The notes: generated by a model from the letters alone, not told the origin. Positions 15,352-29,389 are shown, counted from the stretch's first letter. The stretch is DNA of 64,000 nucleotides from Octopus sinensis (GCF_006345805.1 NC_043003.1:87668001-87732000), one strand, 5' to 3'. Numbers and translations: made by a program.

Positions 15352-16309
15352 GAATACGAATAGCCTGGGCAAAGTTTAGAAAGCTCCTTCCCCTACTGGC
15401 GACAAAGGGTCTCTTGCTCAGAGTGAAAGGTAGATTGTATGATGCAGGTGTACGATCTGCTATGCTTCACGGTAGTGAAACATGAGCTGTGACTGCAGAG
15501 GACATGCGTAGACTTGAAAGAAATGAAGCTAACATGATCCGCTGGATGTGTAATGTCAGTGTGCGCACACGACAGAGTGTAAGCACCCTGAGAGAAATGC
15601 TGTACATAAGAAGCATCAGATGTGGTGTGCAAGAGCGACGCTTGCATTGGCATGGTGATATGCTGCAGATGGATGAGGAGAGATGTGTGAAGAAGTGCTG
15701 CTCCCAAACAGTTGACGGTATCAGGGGGAGAGGTAGACCCAGGAAGACATGGGATGAGATAGTCAAGCATGACCTCAGAGCATTGGGCCTCACAGAGGCA
15801 ATGATCAAGGACCGAGATCTCTGGAGATATGCTGTGACTGCAAAGACCCAGGCTGCTTCCTGCACCAGTTCCACATAGCCCCTACCCATTCAAAGTACCT
15901 TGGATTTCAGAACAACCCGCTGTGCTTGAGGAGACCTATTGAGTCAAGTACATGAACATCGAAATAAATATCAATGGAAATAGTAGTTGTGATACCTGTG
16001 CAGGTGGCACATAAAAAGCACCACCGAACGTGGCCGATGCCAGCGCCGCCTCGACTGGCTTCTGTGCCGGTGGCACGTTAAAAGCACCAACCGATCGTGG
16101 CCGCTGCCAGACTCCCCTGGCACGTAAAAAGCACCCACTACACTCTCGGAGTGGTTGGCGTTAGGAAGGGCATCCAGCTGTAGAAACACTGCCAGATCAG
16201 ACTGGAGCCTGGTGCAGCCTGCTGGCTTCCCAGACCCCGGTTCAACCGTCCAACCCGTGCTAGCGCGGAAAACGGATGTTAAACGATGATGATGATGATG
16301 ATGATGATG
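15350..16309 (+). mobile_element. 5'-truncated RTE LINE
   Basis: ORF 15489-15878 is homologous to 3643-4509 (EDMRRLERNEANMIRWMCNV, RGRPRKTW). (GAT)n tail ends at 16308. Confidence 0.9.
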
Positions 16310-16315
16310 CACTTA

Positions 16316-17428
16316 GAGGGGTTGGACAAAATAATGGGAACACCTAGCATCATAGCATCATAATTTTGAAATATCTATAAAACTATCAAAAGTTGTTTAT
16401 TTTTATGTTTTTTGATTTATTATTATTTTTACTTAATATGTTTTGCTAAAATTGCTGTTTCTTTTCAGATATCATCAGAAAAAGGTAATTAAAATTCATT
16501 AAAATGAGAGATCTATCGGACTTTCAAAGAGTTCAAATTGTCGGTGCTCATATGGCAGGCACTAGTATAATGAAAACAGCCAAAATGTTTGCTGTATCAA
16601 GAAGTACTGTCTCGAAAGTAATGACAGCCTGTGAGAATGAGGGTAAAAGCTTCTTGTTGAAACAAATCTCAGGAAGGAAACCAAAATTTTCAGATACCCC
16701 ATCTGACACTTATGTGAATTGTCAGAAAGGTACAGCTCCCAAAATTACTGCAGAACTAAATGAGTACCTCGAGAATTCAGTTTCCACAAAAACTGGTTGC
16801 CAGGGACTGCACAAAGCTAGATTTCATGGGAGGGCTGCAATCAGAAAACCACTACTTTCAAAAACAAATGTTGCAAAGTATTTAGAGTGGAGTAAAAACC
16901 TACAGAATTGGTCCCTAGAGCAGTGGAAGAATGTTATTTTCTTGGATGAGTCATCCTTTACCTTATTTCCGACTACCAGCTGAGTATATGTGTGGAGATA
17001 GCCAAAAAAAGCATTTGACCCAGACTGCCTGCTTCCAACTATTAAACATGGTTGAGAATCTGTGATGATCTGGGGGACTATATCTTGGAAATCCGCCAGC
17101 CCGATGGCTTCCCTTCATAGCAGAATTAATAGTCAAGACTATTTAAGCATTTTATATATCAAATTCATCATATAGTTGTGGAACTGTTTCCAGAGGGAAA
17201 TGCAATTTCAGGATGATAATGCACCAATTCACACAGCTAAAGTTGTTATTGAATGGCACGAGGAACATTCTAGTAAAGTTGAACATTTTATCTGGCCACC
17301 ACAATTTGCAGATCTCAATATTATTGAACATTTATGATGCATTTTAGAAAAACAAGTAAGGAGTAGATATCCTCCACCATCATCACTACAAGAACTGGAG
17401 ACTGTTTTAGCAGAAGAATGGACAAAAG
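16316..17428 (+). mobile_element. Tc1-family transposon, 3'-truncated, pseudogenised
   Basis: TIR AGGGGTTGGACAAAATAATGG. ORF 16504-16983 MRDLSDFQRVQIVGA..AIRKPLLS..WKNVIFLDES, followed by a QDDNAPIH remnant. Confidence 0.9.
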
Positions 17429-17508
17429 CTATCCTCAGCATATTGGCATAGAAATTTTTTATTTTGCCCTTGTTTATAAATTGTTTATACATACATACAT
17501 GCATACAT

Positions 17509-17553
<45 letters not shown>

Positions 17554-17554
17554 A

Positions 17555-19707
17555 CACAACGTAACAATTTTCAAATTGTACTTTTTTTTTATTGTTTATC
17601 AATCCATTTTTTCTGCTGATTCCAAAAATGAAATTAACTTTTGTGTATCATCAACAGTTAAGAAAATATGTTGACTTTCAATGTTATTATATATTCGGTA
17701 TTGTTATAATGTTCTGTTCAGACCAATTACTAAGTTCTGCTACTTTCAGGATGGCTACTAGAGTATGTAAAAATTCTCCAGATACATTTTGCTATGTGTG
17801 TGGTTATTATATTGGTAAAAAGCAGGTATTACATAAGATCATGAAAGGTGCCAAATTGTGGATAGCGTACAGACTATTTCAGAATACCCATGGGTGACTA
17901 GGACTAACCATGGGCCCCACATGTGATATGTGGAAACTATTGATCTACTCTAGAAGGATGGTTAAGGAAGGTCAATGCCTTTTGCCATTCCAAGGGTATG
18001 GAAAGAGCCAAAGTACCATCACGATGACTGTTACTTTTGTATGATCGATGTGACAAAGTACAGAAAAGTGAAAGGAAGACAAGCTCTTCAGTATCCAGAC
18101 ATACCATCATCTAGAGCACCTGTCCCACATGATGACAGTTTATGAGTATTACTACCACCAGAAAATATTTCATCTGAAGAATCAATAAGTAGTAGCAGCC
18201 AAGAAATAGAGGAAGCTTTCATACCAAGAATGACTTCGGAGACTCATTTTCCAAATCAGAGTGAACAAGATGATTTAATCAGGGATCTGGGTCTTACTAA
18301 GTCAGGAGCTGAACTTCTTTCATCAAGGTTGAAGGAATGGAATGTACTGGGGGGAAGACTGAAAGACATCTCTGTACTGGAAACGCTATGAAGAATTTGA
18401 AATTTACTATGAAAATATTAATGATCTGTGTTATTGTAAAGATGTGATTGGTTTGTTTACTGCTATTGAACTCAAGCATGATTCTGCAGAATGGTGACTG
18501 TTCATAGATAGCTCAACATGAAGTCTCAAAGCAATGTTGCTCCACAATGGAAATAAATATCCTTCTTTGCCTCTTGCACACTTCAATGTCAAAGAACTTC
18601 TCAACAAAATAAATTACGCTGAGTTCAAGTGGGATGTTTGTAGTGATTTCAAGATGCTTGCCTTCTTGCTTGGCTTGCAAGGGGGATACACAAAGTATTC
18701 ACGTTTCCTATGCTTATGGGACAGCAGAGTTGATGATCATCATTACAAGAGAGTACATTGGCCCCCACAAGTGGAACTGCAGCCGGGAATGTTAAATGCT
18801 CTCAAACAGCCACTAGTAGATTCCAACAAAATCTTATTACCCCCACTTCATATCAAACTCGGATTAGTAAAACAGTTTGTGAAGGCCTTAGAATTTAGAA
18901 GAGAAGCTTTTCAAGAAATTTGTCTTATGTTTCCAAAGCTATCTGAGGCTAAGATCAAGGGTGGCATATTTGTTGGGCCCCAAGTAAATGCAATGTTAAA
19001 GTCGAAGAAACTGGAAAGAACAATGACAAAAGTTGAAAAAGAAGCTTGGTGTGCATTTCGTGATGTAGTTCGTGGATTTCTAGGAAATCACAAGGATCCT
19101 AATTACAAACAGCTAGTAGCAAAGCTTATTGAAAACTTCAAGAAAATGGGTCGTTGTATGTCTTTAAAGGTTCATTTTTTGCACTCTCACCTAGATTTTT
19201 CCCCGAAAACTTGGGCGATGTCAGTAAGGAGCATGGTGAAAGATTTCATCAGGACATCGCAACTACGGAAAGAAGATACCAAGGACGATGGGATACTGCT
19301 ATGATGGGAGATTATAGATGGTCTCTAGTTAGAAGAGATGAAGGTATACACTCCAGAAAATCTCGATCATCAAAGCACTTCTCATCTTAAGAAAAGAGTT
19401 ATCAAGGCATTTACAGTGCAGAGTTTTATTGTTTCTTTTTGCTCTAACTAATATTATACTTCCTACATACCTTTCAATATATGAAAAAGTACTAAATGTT
19501 GTGTAATTATCCTTACAATACTAGAATAGATTGAACCAACAAAGAGCTGTAGAGAAAAGTTTCAAATATAACAAGCAAATATGAAATTAGGAATAAATAA
19601 ATAACTATCGATGTTACGTCAAAATGAATGTGATTTTTTAATTTAGTGGCAAAAAATGCATATATGAACATTAAAAAATACAAATAAACAAAATGTGTTA
19701 CATTGTG
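17555..19707 (+). mobile_element. Full-length but pseudogenised Chapaev3-like (CMC group) DNA transposon
   Basis: TIRs CACAACGTAACA / TGTTACATTGTG with TAA on both sides (TWA-type TSD). Transposase fragments CKNSPDTFCYVCG, DCYFC, LLPPLHIKLGLVKQFVKAL, SLKVHFLHSHLDF and EHGERFHQDI. Confidence 0.82.
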
Positions 19708-21029
19708 TAATTATACATATATACCTATATATATATACATCTATTTCTATAAAAGGTAGGATGTGTGTGTGTGTACGTATACATGAATGTAATTTATGCA
19801 TGTCCACAAATTAGCACTCATGTCGCTCCAATTTTAAGAGGACATTGGTCATGACCATGGCTCTGGTTTTGTCAACTTATTTTTCCTGAAGCACCCGCGA
19901 ATAGCAGTAAAAATTGATTTTCAACCATAACTTTTACCAATTTCCACATCAGTGAAATCCTTAAGTTTGCTAACATGAGTTAAGTCCCCTGCAATGGCAA
20001 CGATTATACGGAAAGAATGAAATGTTATATATAGTTTTAATTATACAGGAAAACAAAGATGAACTGCACTGAAAGAAATGTAGATATAGTATACATATAG
20101 TATATGTATATATTTGATTTTTCTATATATTTCATTTTAAATGAAATTTTGTATGTTAGATAATTAATGTTAGTTTATTCAATTAGAAAAGAAAAACCTA
20201 ATGACGATGTAATTAGCAACGAGCACATTTCGTTTCTTAGTTTCTGTTTGTTTTAATATTTAAATTCTTTATTTGACTGTTATTTTCAGCCACAACATTC
20301 TTATTCATTTCTGTTTAAGAAATTCTCTGAATGTACTTTTGCTTTCTTAGCCGTTTTTCTTCTTATGTGATTTAAAGCATTTTTTGATATGTGGCATTTT
20401 AACATTAGAAACAAGTTCCGAACATGCTATTCAATTTCACTGAAACTTATCTCCTGCCACTCAAAACAACAACTCAAATGGGATAAAGAGTACACGCATC
20501 ACAACAACAACAGTAAGTTTGTGATTGTGTGTGTGTGTGTGTGTAGACTTTTGTTAAGAAAATTGTTAAGAAAATTGTTAAGAAAATTTTACAGAATCAT
20601 TCAATAAAACTCAAATGGGATAAAGAGTACATGCTTTATCTGCCTAAACAGTGCAACAGGACCCTGATGGCCCACTTTATTGAGGTCACCATTATTATGG
20701 AGTATGGGAGGGGGGGAATGCTTTCATTTCAAGAATGCACCTTTATCCCTTGGGGTCAGACATGCCGTTTAACATCCGCAGATCGCCATGTCCATCAACA
20801 AATCCCAAGGCCAGACACTATCGGTGGCAGTCATCCATCTGGGGGAGCCGTGCTTTTCACATGGGCAACTTTATGTGGGCTGCTCTTGTGTGGGGAGTAG
20901 TAACACTCTTTTTGTGCATGCTCTTCAGGGTAGAACATGCAATGTTGTCTATAGCGAAGTTTTATAGACATAGAAAGAAGAAAAAGTCATCATTGCAGCT
21001 GATATAGTTATAAACAGGTGATCCGGAAG

Positions 21030-21714
21030 CATTAGCCGGACAAATTCCCAAACCATAGCAGCATGACTCGTGGACTCTTCCTCTTCTTTATTGGGCAATG
21101 CTGACTTCTCCAACAACAATGCTCACTCAGCCGATATCGGTACTTGTCCAAGCTGCTCATAGAGTTAGGCTAGAAGGGCCAGGCCCCTTATTTTTTTATT
21201 AAGGTTGTTGGTAAGTTTTAATAAGTTACTCCAATCTGGATCCCCAATGCAAACCTTTAAATCAACCTTCTCCAATGCAGATCTCTAATGCAACCTCATC
21301 CAATCCAAATCTTTGAGTCAACCTTCTTCACTGCAGATCTCCAATGCAAATCTTCAATGCAACCTTCTCCAATGCAGATCTTCGATGCAACATTCTCAAA
21401 TGCATATCTTCAATACAGCCTTGACTAATAGTACCGCTAGGAGCGATTAGGACTAGATCGAGATTAGTCACTGCCTTTTAGAGGCTCCCGGGTCCCCATT
21501 CACTAGGTTAGCTTATGGTTAGGTTAGGGCTTAGTTGTGATCTGAACATAACCCCTTCTGACACAGAGGATCTGAAGTCCTTTTGGGCATTCTATTTTCC
21601 TTGCCAAAAGGGCTCCCAGCCCATGGCCCAGGGGAGAGTTTCAAACGAGCCGGCATGTGCAACATGATCACCTCTGCCAGTCAAACTTCCAACCCATGTG
21701 TTCCCGTCGTGACA
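21030..21714 (-). mobile_element. Unclassified dispersed repeat, possibly a solo LTR
   Basis: Minus strand begins TGTCACGACGGGAAC and has an AATAAA near 21195. A homologue lies in the opposite orientation at ~54112-54360. The 3' boundary is undefined. Confidence 0.4.
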
Positions 21715-21740
21715 CTGATTCTACAGAACTGGGATTAGTA

Positions 21741-22985
21741 CGAGGGGCGTTCAATAAGTAATGCCTCTGACCCACTTCCCATAGCATTAGAGCAACGAAA
21801 CTTGGCACAGTTATTAGTCTTTTCCTACATAGGAACCACCCAGAGTTACACATTTCTCCCATCGTTTGATGCAGCTCTAGAGACCGTTTTTGTAGAAGAC
21901 CCCAACCACAATGTTACTTCAGAAATCAAGGCTGCATCATCTGGGAAACGCTTTCCTTTCAAAAACAACTTCATGGCTGGGAAGAGGTGAAAATTAGAGG
22001 GTGCAAGGTCAGGAGAGTAGGGGGGATGGTGGAGGAGTTCATAGCCACATGCCTGTGCTTCTGATCTGGCGACAAGCGAGTTGTGGACCGGAGCGTTGTC
22101 CTGCAGGAGGAGGATGCCTTTGCTGATCTTGCCCCACCTCTTGATTTTGATAGCTTCTCTTAATTTCCTCAAAAGTGAAGCATAATAGGCTCCTGTAATT
22201 GTGGTACCCGTTGCCAGGAAATCTGTCATCACTACTCCATCCTGGTCCCAGAAGACTGTGAGCATGACCTTGCCAGCAGAGGGCTGCACCCTTGCCTTCT
22301 TTGGAGGAGGTGAGTCATGGTGCTTCCACTGCATTGGCTGGGCTTTGGTCTCTGGATCATAGTGATGAACCAGGTTTCATCCTGTGTAATCAGTCTTTTG
22401 AAAAATTTTGACTCATCTTCTTGGCACATCTCCAAATTCATCCTCGAGCACTCGACGTGTTCTTGCTTCTGGAAACGTGTGAGCAACCTGGGAATCCATA
22501 TGGCAGACACTCCACAGACCCGGTACTAATCTTGACCTCATGGGCTATTTGGCGAATAGTTATGTGTCGATCTTCCAAAATAGCAGCCTCAACTTGACGG
22601 ACAGATGCCTCATCAATGGCAGAAGGGGGGGGACCAGATCTGGGAGCTGTTTCCACAGAGTTCCGACCATGTTTGAATTCACAATGCCAGTGTTTCACAA
22701 GGTCATATGTTGGAGCATCATCACCATAAGTTACTTTCATTTCATCAAAAGTCTCCCGTGGAGTGCGTCCTTTCAAATACAAAAACCGGATCACTGCTCG
22801 ACACTCAACAGGCTCCATTTCACACTTGACTCAGTTCAAACACCTGTAAATCAGAAACCACAATTAGTTCAGAGCTGTAATTTTCCACTTAATCTATAGA
22901 GATATAAATAATTGCACATGCAAAATTTCAGCTAGATCAAACAACTGCAAGTGGGTCAGGGGCATTACTTATTGAACGTCCCTCG
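21741..22985 (-). mobile_element. Full-length mariner element (irritans-like) with frameshifted transposase
   Basis: TA-flanked TIRs CGAGGGGCGTTCAATAAGTAATGCC / GGCATTACTTATTGAACGTCCCTCG. Motifs WIPRLL, ITQDETW, QDNAPVH and HPPYSPDLAPSN. Confidence 0.95.
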
Positions 22986-23015
22986 TATGAAAACCAACTT
23001 TAAAGTATAAATATA

Positions 23016-24130
23016 TTGGATTGTCCAGAAAGTGCATGTCGATTTTTAAAGGAAAGAAAAAGGTCAATAAATACTTGCCATTACATTTTTAATCAACTAA
23101 ATACAAACCATTTTGTTGCACAATGCGTCTCCATCTTTCCTTTAATCAATTCCCAGAATTGAGGTGATTTCATGGCAAAGAATTCATCAAGGTAACTTTT
23201 TACGTCATCCAAGGAATTGAAATTTTTACCATTAAGACTATTCTGCAGAGACCTGAATAAGTGGAAATTCGAAGGAGCAATATCTGGTGAATATGGAGGG
23301 TGGGGTAACACATCCCAGCCAAGCTGCAGTAATTTTTGTCTGGTTCCCAAAGAAACGTGCGACCTTGCATTATCATGTTGGAAAACAACACTCTTCCTGT
23401 TGGACAATTCTGGATGTTTCTCTTGAATTGCTGCTTTTAACCCATCCAGTTGAGTGCAGTATTTCTCAGAATTAATTGTTTGGTTACTTGGGAGAAGCTC
23501 ATAGTACAGAATACCTTTCCAATCCCACCAGACACAAAGCAAGACTTTTTTAGGGTGAAGACCCGCTTTTGGGGTGGTTAAGGGTGACTCATGTTGCTTA
23601 CTCCAAGATCGCTTTCTCTGAACATTTTGGTAGATAATCCACTTCTCATCACCTGTCACAATTTGCTTTAAAAAAGGCGTTTTCATTCCATTTATAAAGC
23701 AAATTACAGATGGAAATGTGATACAAAAGGTTCTTCTCACTCAACTCATGTAGTACCCAAACATCATAGCAATTTGTGTACCTAAGCTTTATCAGGTGCT
23801 CATAAACGATGGATTTCGATAGGTTGAGGCTTTCTGCCAACTCTCGGGTTGTGCAATGTGGGTTAATCTCAATTAATGACTTGATTTGGTCATCATCTGT
23901 AGTGGATGGTCTGCCTGATCACTCTTTATCAATAAGGCTACAATCTCCAGCTCGGAACCTTGCAAACCACTTCTGTATAGTTCTTTCGGATAAAGAAACA
24001 TCACTGTAAACTGCACATATTTCTTTGGTTGCTTGTGAGGTATTTTTCCCGTTACAGAAAAAGAAAAGCATCAAGTGCCGAAAATGAACTTTCTTATCTT
24101 CCATTTTAACGGGTTACGGAATTAACACAA
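23016..24130 (-). mobile_element. Mariner element (cecropia/mellifera-like), pseudogenised
   Basis: MEDKKVHFRHLML, IVTGDEKW, QHDNARSH, HPPYSPDIAPSN. One TIR-like end at 23016. Confidence 0.9.
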
Positions 24131-24938
24131 TTTATAGCTTTCACTTGTGGAAGCAAAACTCTTATTTAAAGGTTGATTCTTTGGGACGAATCATATGTGA
24201 GTGTTTAAAAAAGGCTAGAATGACAATGCTAAAACCTATTTGAAACAATGGACAGCAGTCGAAATATCATAATGGCTAGGTAAAGAAGCATCCTTAAAGT
24301 GAAACAATGGTATTGAAGGTAAAAAAAAAAGGTATCAACAATCAGAAGAGAGGGAAAGGAACATCGCCTTTCAAGTAACTCAGAATAGGTAAAGGTAAGC
24401 TTGCCAAAGTTTAATGCAGTTTCAATATGTAGATTAAGATAGTTTGGTATTGGATATTCATCACGTATAGTTTTCCTAGTCAACTGAATCACTGTCGTAA
24501 GTGGACAGCAGAAATAAATAGACAAAATCTTTTCACTTTTGTAAGAAGATTAAAAAGAAAATGAGGGCAAAAAGCACTCGTTTTTTTCACAATGAAAAAT
24601 TGTTTCCTAGTAGCCGGAATTTCACAACAAGATGTATGTTTATTAAGCACAACAGCCTGCAGTGCATGCCGCTGGGCATTAAAAGCCAATCACATAAACT
24701 TAGAGGGGCTCTGGGCCCCCTTGAATCGATAAAAAAATCAGTCTTTTTGCCATAGCATCCACATCTTTATAGCTTGCGAATTTTAACCATCGTGGATCTC
24801 ATCCTCACCACACATTTAGAATCCCTGCCAATTTTCAGCTCGATCCTAGCCTCCGTTTGGCTGCCATTAACCGTCAAAGCAAAATGTGCATACAATTTTC
24901 ATCCAAGGACTGTTTTATAGATATAGAATATATATATA

Positions 24939-25137
24939 CTTTACTTAAAAGCAGCAGAAATTTAGCAAAAGCTGTTACTCAGAGTTTCACGTTCCCATTG
25001 TCCGAGAAACGGGAACGTGAAACTTCAAGTAACAGCTTTTGTTAAATTTCTGCTGCTTTTAAATAAAGCATATTACTCTACCTCTGTTATTTGAGTACTC
25101 TTTTTTCCACCTTGTTTCACATTTATGTGTTTACTCC

Positions 25138-25140
<3 letters not shown>
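24939..25140 (+). mobile_element. Short palindromic PLE-terminus element with a degenerate hammerhead
   Basis: Inverted arms 24939-24996 and 25011-25068. Core CCGAGAA-ACGggaaCGT-GAAAC..GTA. Same family as 3560-3628; flanked by (TA)n. Confidence 0.7.
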
Positions 25141-25188
<48 letters not shown>

Positions 25189-25278
25189 ATATATATATAT
25201 AATCATTCAAATGAAAATAAGAAAATGGAGATGTAGCAGTTGATAAAAATTCATTATCTGCAAAAATCAAACATAGTT

Positions 25279-25360
25279 CCTTACAGCTGTTTCAATTAAG
25301 CCTAAAAAGATTGAATAGCAATTATTAAAATCATAATACTAGGCAAAATCTCTTCAGAGG
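25279..25360 (-). ncRNA. Minimal hammerhead ribozyme motif with palindromic stem III
   Basis: Minus strand: CCT-CTGAAGA-(GCCTA..TAGGC stem II)-GAA-ACAGCTGT-A-AGG. Confidence 0.65.
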
Positions 25361-25721
25361 GGTAGTAAAAAGATATACCATTAGGTTTTTATGTATTGTA
25401 TTTTAGAATCATCAAAGCAGACTGAATATTATTTTATGGCTAATATTGATATATGTCTGGGTTAGGAGGTCATAAGTTGTTTTAGTGGGTAATGGATAAA
25501 ATGTGAATATAATTCGGGTAATAATGGGTAAATAAACAGTGATTGAATAGTAAATTGCAGTGAAGAATAGTCTCATATGAAAGAGGAGATAAATACTTTA
25601 GTAAGTTGTTTATAAAACTGAGAGAAACTTACATAAAAATAATACATAAACATATATGAACACTGGTCAAAAGAATTCATCTTTTAATTGGTGCATATAT
25701 ATCAAAGAAACCGAATCCCAG

Positions 25722-28700
25722 AATGTTGGAACGCTGAAAAGTAGGTCTGGTGAGATTGTTGAGATGCTTGAACGGAAATGTGTCGATATGTGCTGCATCC
25801 AAGAAGTAAGGTGGAGAGGAGGTTCCTCACAGGTAAAGAACACAGGTACAAGATTTTCTGGGCATGGAACACTGATGGGGTTAGGGGCATGGGTATACTT
25901 CTTGCAGAGAAATGGGTGGATAAGGTAATTGAGATAGTCAGAGTATGCGACAGAATACTTAAGATTAGATTAGTGCTTCATCATGGATTAGCAACCATTA
26001 TCTCGGCCTATGCCCCTCAGCCGGGGCTACCTGATGGACAGAAAGATCCATTCTATGACACCCTCTTGCAGACTACCTTGTTGACAAATGATAGGGACCT
26101 TCTCTTTGTGCCTGGTGACTTCAATGGACATGTTGGACAACATACAGGGGGCTTCCATGGCGTACATGGAGGCTATGGTTTTGATTCCCGCAATGAGGAG
26201 AGAACCAGGCTGCTGGAGTACTGATCTTATGGTTTGCAATACTAACTTCAGGAAACCTTCCAGTCACCTAGTCACCTACCGATCTGGCAGACACACTAGT
26301 CAGATTAACTACATCCTCACTACTTATAAATGCCAAAACCTTCCCAGGCGAAGAATGTACCCCACAACATAGACTGGTAGTTAGCGACTTCAGGATCAGG
26401 GCTAAGTTGATGTCCAGAAGATGACCAGCAAGGAGAAGGGTCTGGAGACTTAAAGATCCTGCAAATGGACAGAGATTTAGAGACATATTACTCAAAGCCT
26501 TTGACGAAATAGAAGGGGATATAGCTTCACATGGTGTAGAAGACAACTGGAGGTTTCTACAGGACAACCTGCTGAGGGCCACTGAACCGATCTGTGGATG
26601 GTGCAAAGTCCCCTCTCGACCCAAAATAAGGTGGTGGTGGTGGAACAATGTTGTTGACAGAGCTATTTGAGAAAAGAAACAGGCTTGGAAGGATTGGAAG
26701 AATGGTGGTAGCAAGGAATTGTATCAGACTGCCAGAAGGGAAGCTAGGAGGCAGGTTTCTTTAGCCAGAGGGGAAGCAGATAAGAAAAAATTTGCCAATG
26801 TTCTGTGCCGTGAGAACCAAAGGCTTGAGGTATTTCGTGTTGCAAGAGAGTGTGTGAGAGAGAATCGTGATGTGCTAGGAGAGAAATGTGTCCACATAGA
26901 TGATGGTTCACTTGCACTAAACGAGGCTGCAAAGAGAGAGGTTTGGAGACGCCACTATGAAAGGTTGCTGAATAAAGAAAATAATGGGAGAAAGAGAGTC
27001 TGCTGAATGTTGACCCAATAGAGGGACCAGCTATCCATGTTGACAGTACCTTGGCAGATAAAGCAAGTAAGAGTATGAAGACAGAGAAAGCCCCCGGCCC
27101 ATCAGGAATCACTGCAGAGATGCTCAAAATATCTGGCAGTGTCAGCTATAGCCTAGTCACCCATATAGATAACCAGGTGATACACGGAGTTATAGTCAAC
27201 TGCTACAAAGGTAAAGGTGACACTTTAGATACAAATAATTAGAGATATCAAGCTGGTGGATCAGGTAATGAAGGTTACAGAGAGGATCATAGCTCAACTA
27301 ATTAGGGAGAGAGTCAGTTTAAATGAGATGCAGTTTGGGTTCGTGCCAGGGAAAAGCACCATTGATGCTATATTTCTGGTAAGACAGCTGCAGGAGAAAT
27401 ACCTAACCAAAGATAAACCTCTGTACCTGGCTTTCATTGACATGGAGAAAACCTTGGACAGAGTCCCCCGATCCTTTATCTGGTGGTCAATGAGGAAACT
27501 AGGGATAGATGAATGGTTAGTGAGAACTGTGCAAGCCATGTACAGGGACGCTGTTAGTATGGTGAGGGTTGGCAACAAGTACAGTGAAGAATTCCAGGTA
27601 GAGGTAGGGGTCTACCAACGTTCAGTCCTAGCCTCCTCCTATTTATAAAAGTCCTCCAAGCAATAACAGAGGAATTCAAGACAGGATGCCCTGGGAGCTC
27701 CTCTATGATGACGAACTTGTTCTAATTGCTGAGTCACTATCAGAACTAGAGGAAAAGTTTCACTTGTGGAAACAAGGATTGGAATTGAAGGGCCTTAGGG
27801 TCAACCTAGCTAAAACCAAAGTCCTGATAAGTAAGAAGGCAGACACACCATAAATCCCTGCTCAATCTGTAGAAAAGGCGTAGATAGAAACTCTATAAGA
27901 TGTACCCAGTGTAAGCTATGGACACATAAAAGATGCAGCAATATCAAAGGAAGGCTAACTGGGAAGATAGTTTTTTTTTTATGTGGCAGATGCTCAGGAG
28001 CAATAAACAATGAAAATGTGTAGAGAACAACCACCGCCACATTACAGGGAGAAAAACTAGTAGCTGATAGCTTCCGTTACCTAGGTAACCAACTCAATAG
28101 CTGGGGAAGGTGCACTGAAAGTGTAGCTGCTAGAATAAGAATAGCCTGGGCAAAGTTCAGAGAGTAAAAGGTAGACTGTATGACGCATGTGTAGGAACAG
28201 CCATGCTACATGGCAGTGAAACATGGGCTGTGACTGCTGAGGACATGTGTAAGCTTGCAAGGAATGAAGCCAGTATGCTTTGATGGATGTGTAATGTCAG
28301 TGTGCATACTTGACAGTACCTTGAGAGAAAAGTTGGACCTAAGAAGCATCAGATGTGGTGTGTAAGAGAGACGACTGCACTGGTATGATCAAGTGGCGAG
28401 AATGGATGAGGATAGCTGTGTGAAAAAAGTGCCACACCCTAACTGTTGAGGGAACCTGTGGAACAGGTAGACCTAGGAAGACCTGGGATGAGTGGTGAAG
28501 CATGACCTTCAAACATTAGGTCTCACCGAGGTAATGACTAGTGACCGGGACCTTTGGAAATATGTTGTGCCTGAGAAGATCTCGCAAGCCAAGTGAGACC
28601 ATAACCTGTGGCCTATGCCAGGGGTGTAAGCAGCCCACTTATGCATATCTTTCCTACATTGGACACTAAACTCTGCTTGTGAAGAGCTGTTGAGGCAAGT

Positions 28701-29151
28701 GAAATCGAAATCAAATCAAATTCACTAATTCGATGACTGGCACCCGTGCCAGTGGAGCACTAAGAGCACCATCCGAGTGTGATCACTTACAGAGCAGCTG
28801 ACTGGCTTCCATGCTGGTGGCACATAAAAAGCACCATTCAAACGTGATCGTTACCAGCGTTGCCTTACTGGCACAAGAAAAACATTTGAGCGAGATCGTT
28901 GCCAGTGCCGCTGGACTGGCTCCTGTGTAGGTGGCACATGAAAAACATCACTAGAGCGTGGCTGTTGTGAGTACCGCCTGACTGGCCCTCATGTAAAAGC
29001 ACCCACTATACTCTCAGAGTGGTTGGCGTTAGGAAGGGCATCCAGCTGTAGACACTCTGCCAGATCAGACTGGAGCCTGGTTCGCCAGTCCTCAGTCAAA
29101 TCTTCCAACCCATGCTAGCATGGAAAGCGGACGTTAAATGATGATGATGAT
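25722..29151 (+). mobile_element. Near full-length degenerate RTE LINE (APE, RT, PHD-like finger, (GAT)n tail)
   Basis: NVGTL..CCIQEVRW, ISAYAPQ, GDFNGHVG, KAPGPSGI, QFGFVPGKST, AFIDMEKTLDRV. Many stops and frameshifts. Confidence 0.93.
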
Positions 29152-29389
29152 ATATACGTATACACACACACATCTAAATATATGAACATATATATACAGC
29201 CATGTATATAAATACACAAACAATAGATATGCACAGATACGTGTATGTATCTGGAGATAGGTCTATGTGCACCAATACACGCAAAGGAATACATATAAAG
29301 AACCACACATATATCTGCATATACATATACACACACACACACACATATATATATTTATATATACACATATATGTCAACACTTATACATA

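Noticed and set aside
24540-24927. Possible further Helitrons (TCTAT..ATAAAA-type starts at ~24927 minus and ~19740 plus)
   Set aside because: I could not locate a matching 3' hairpin plus CTAG, so they are left uncalled.
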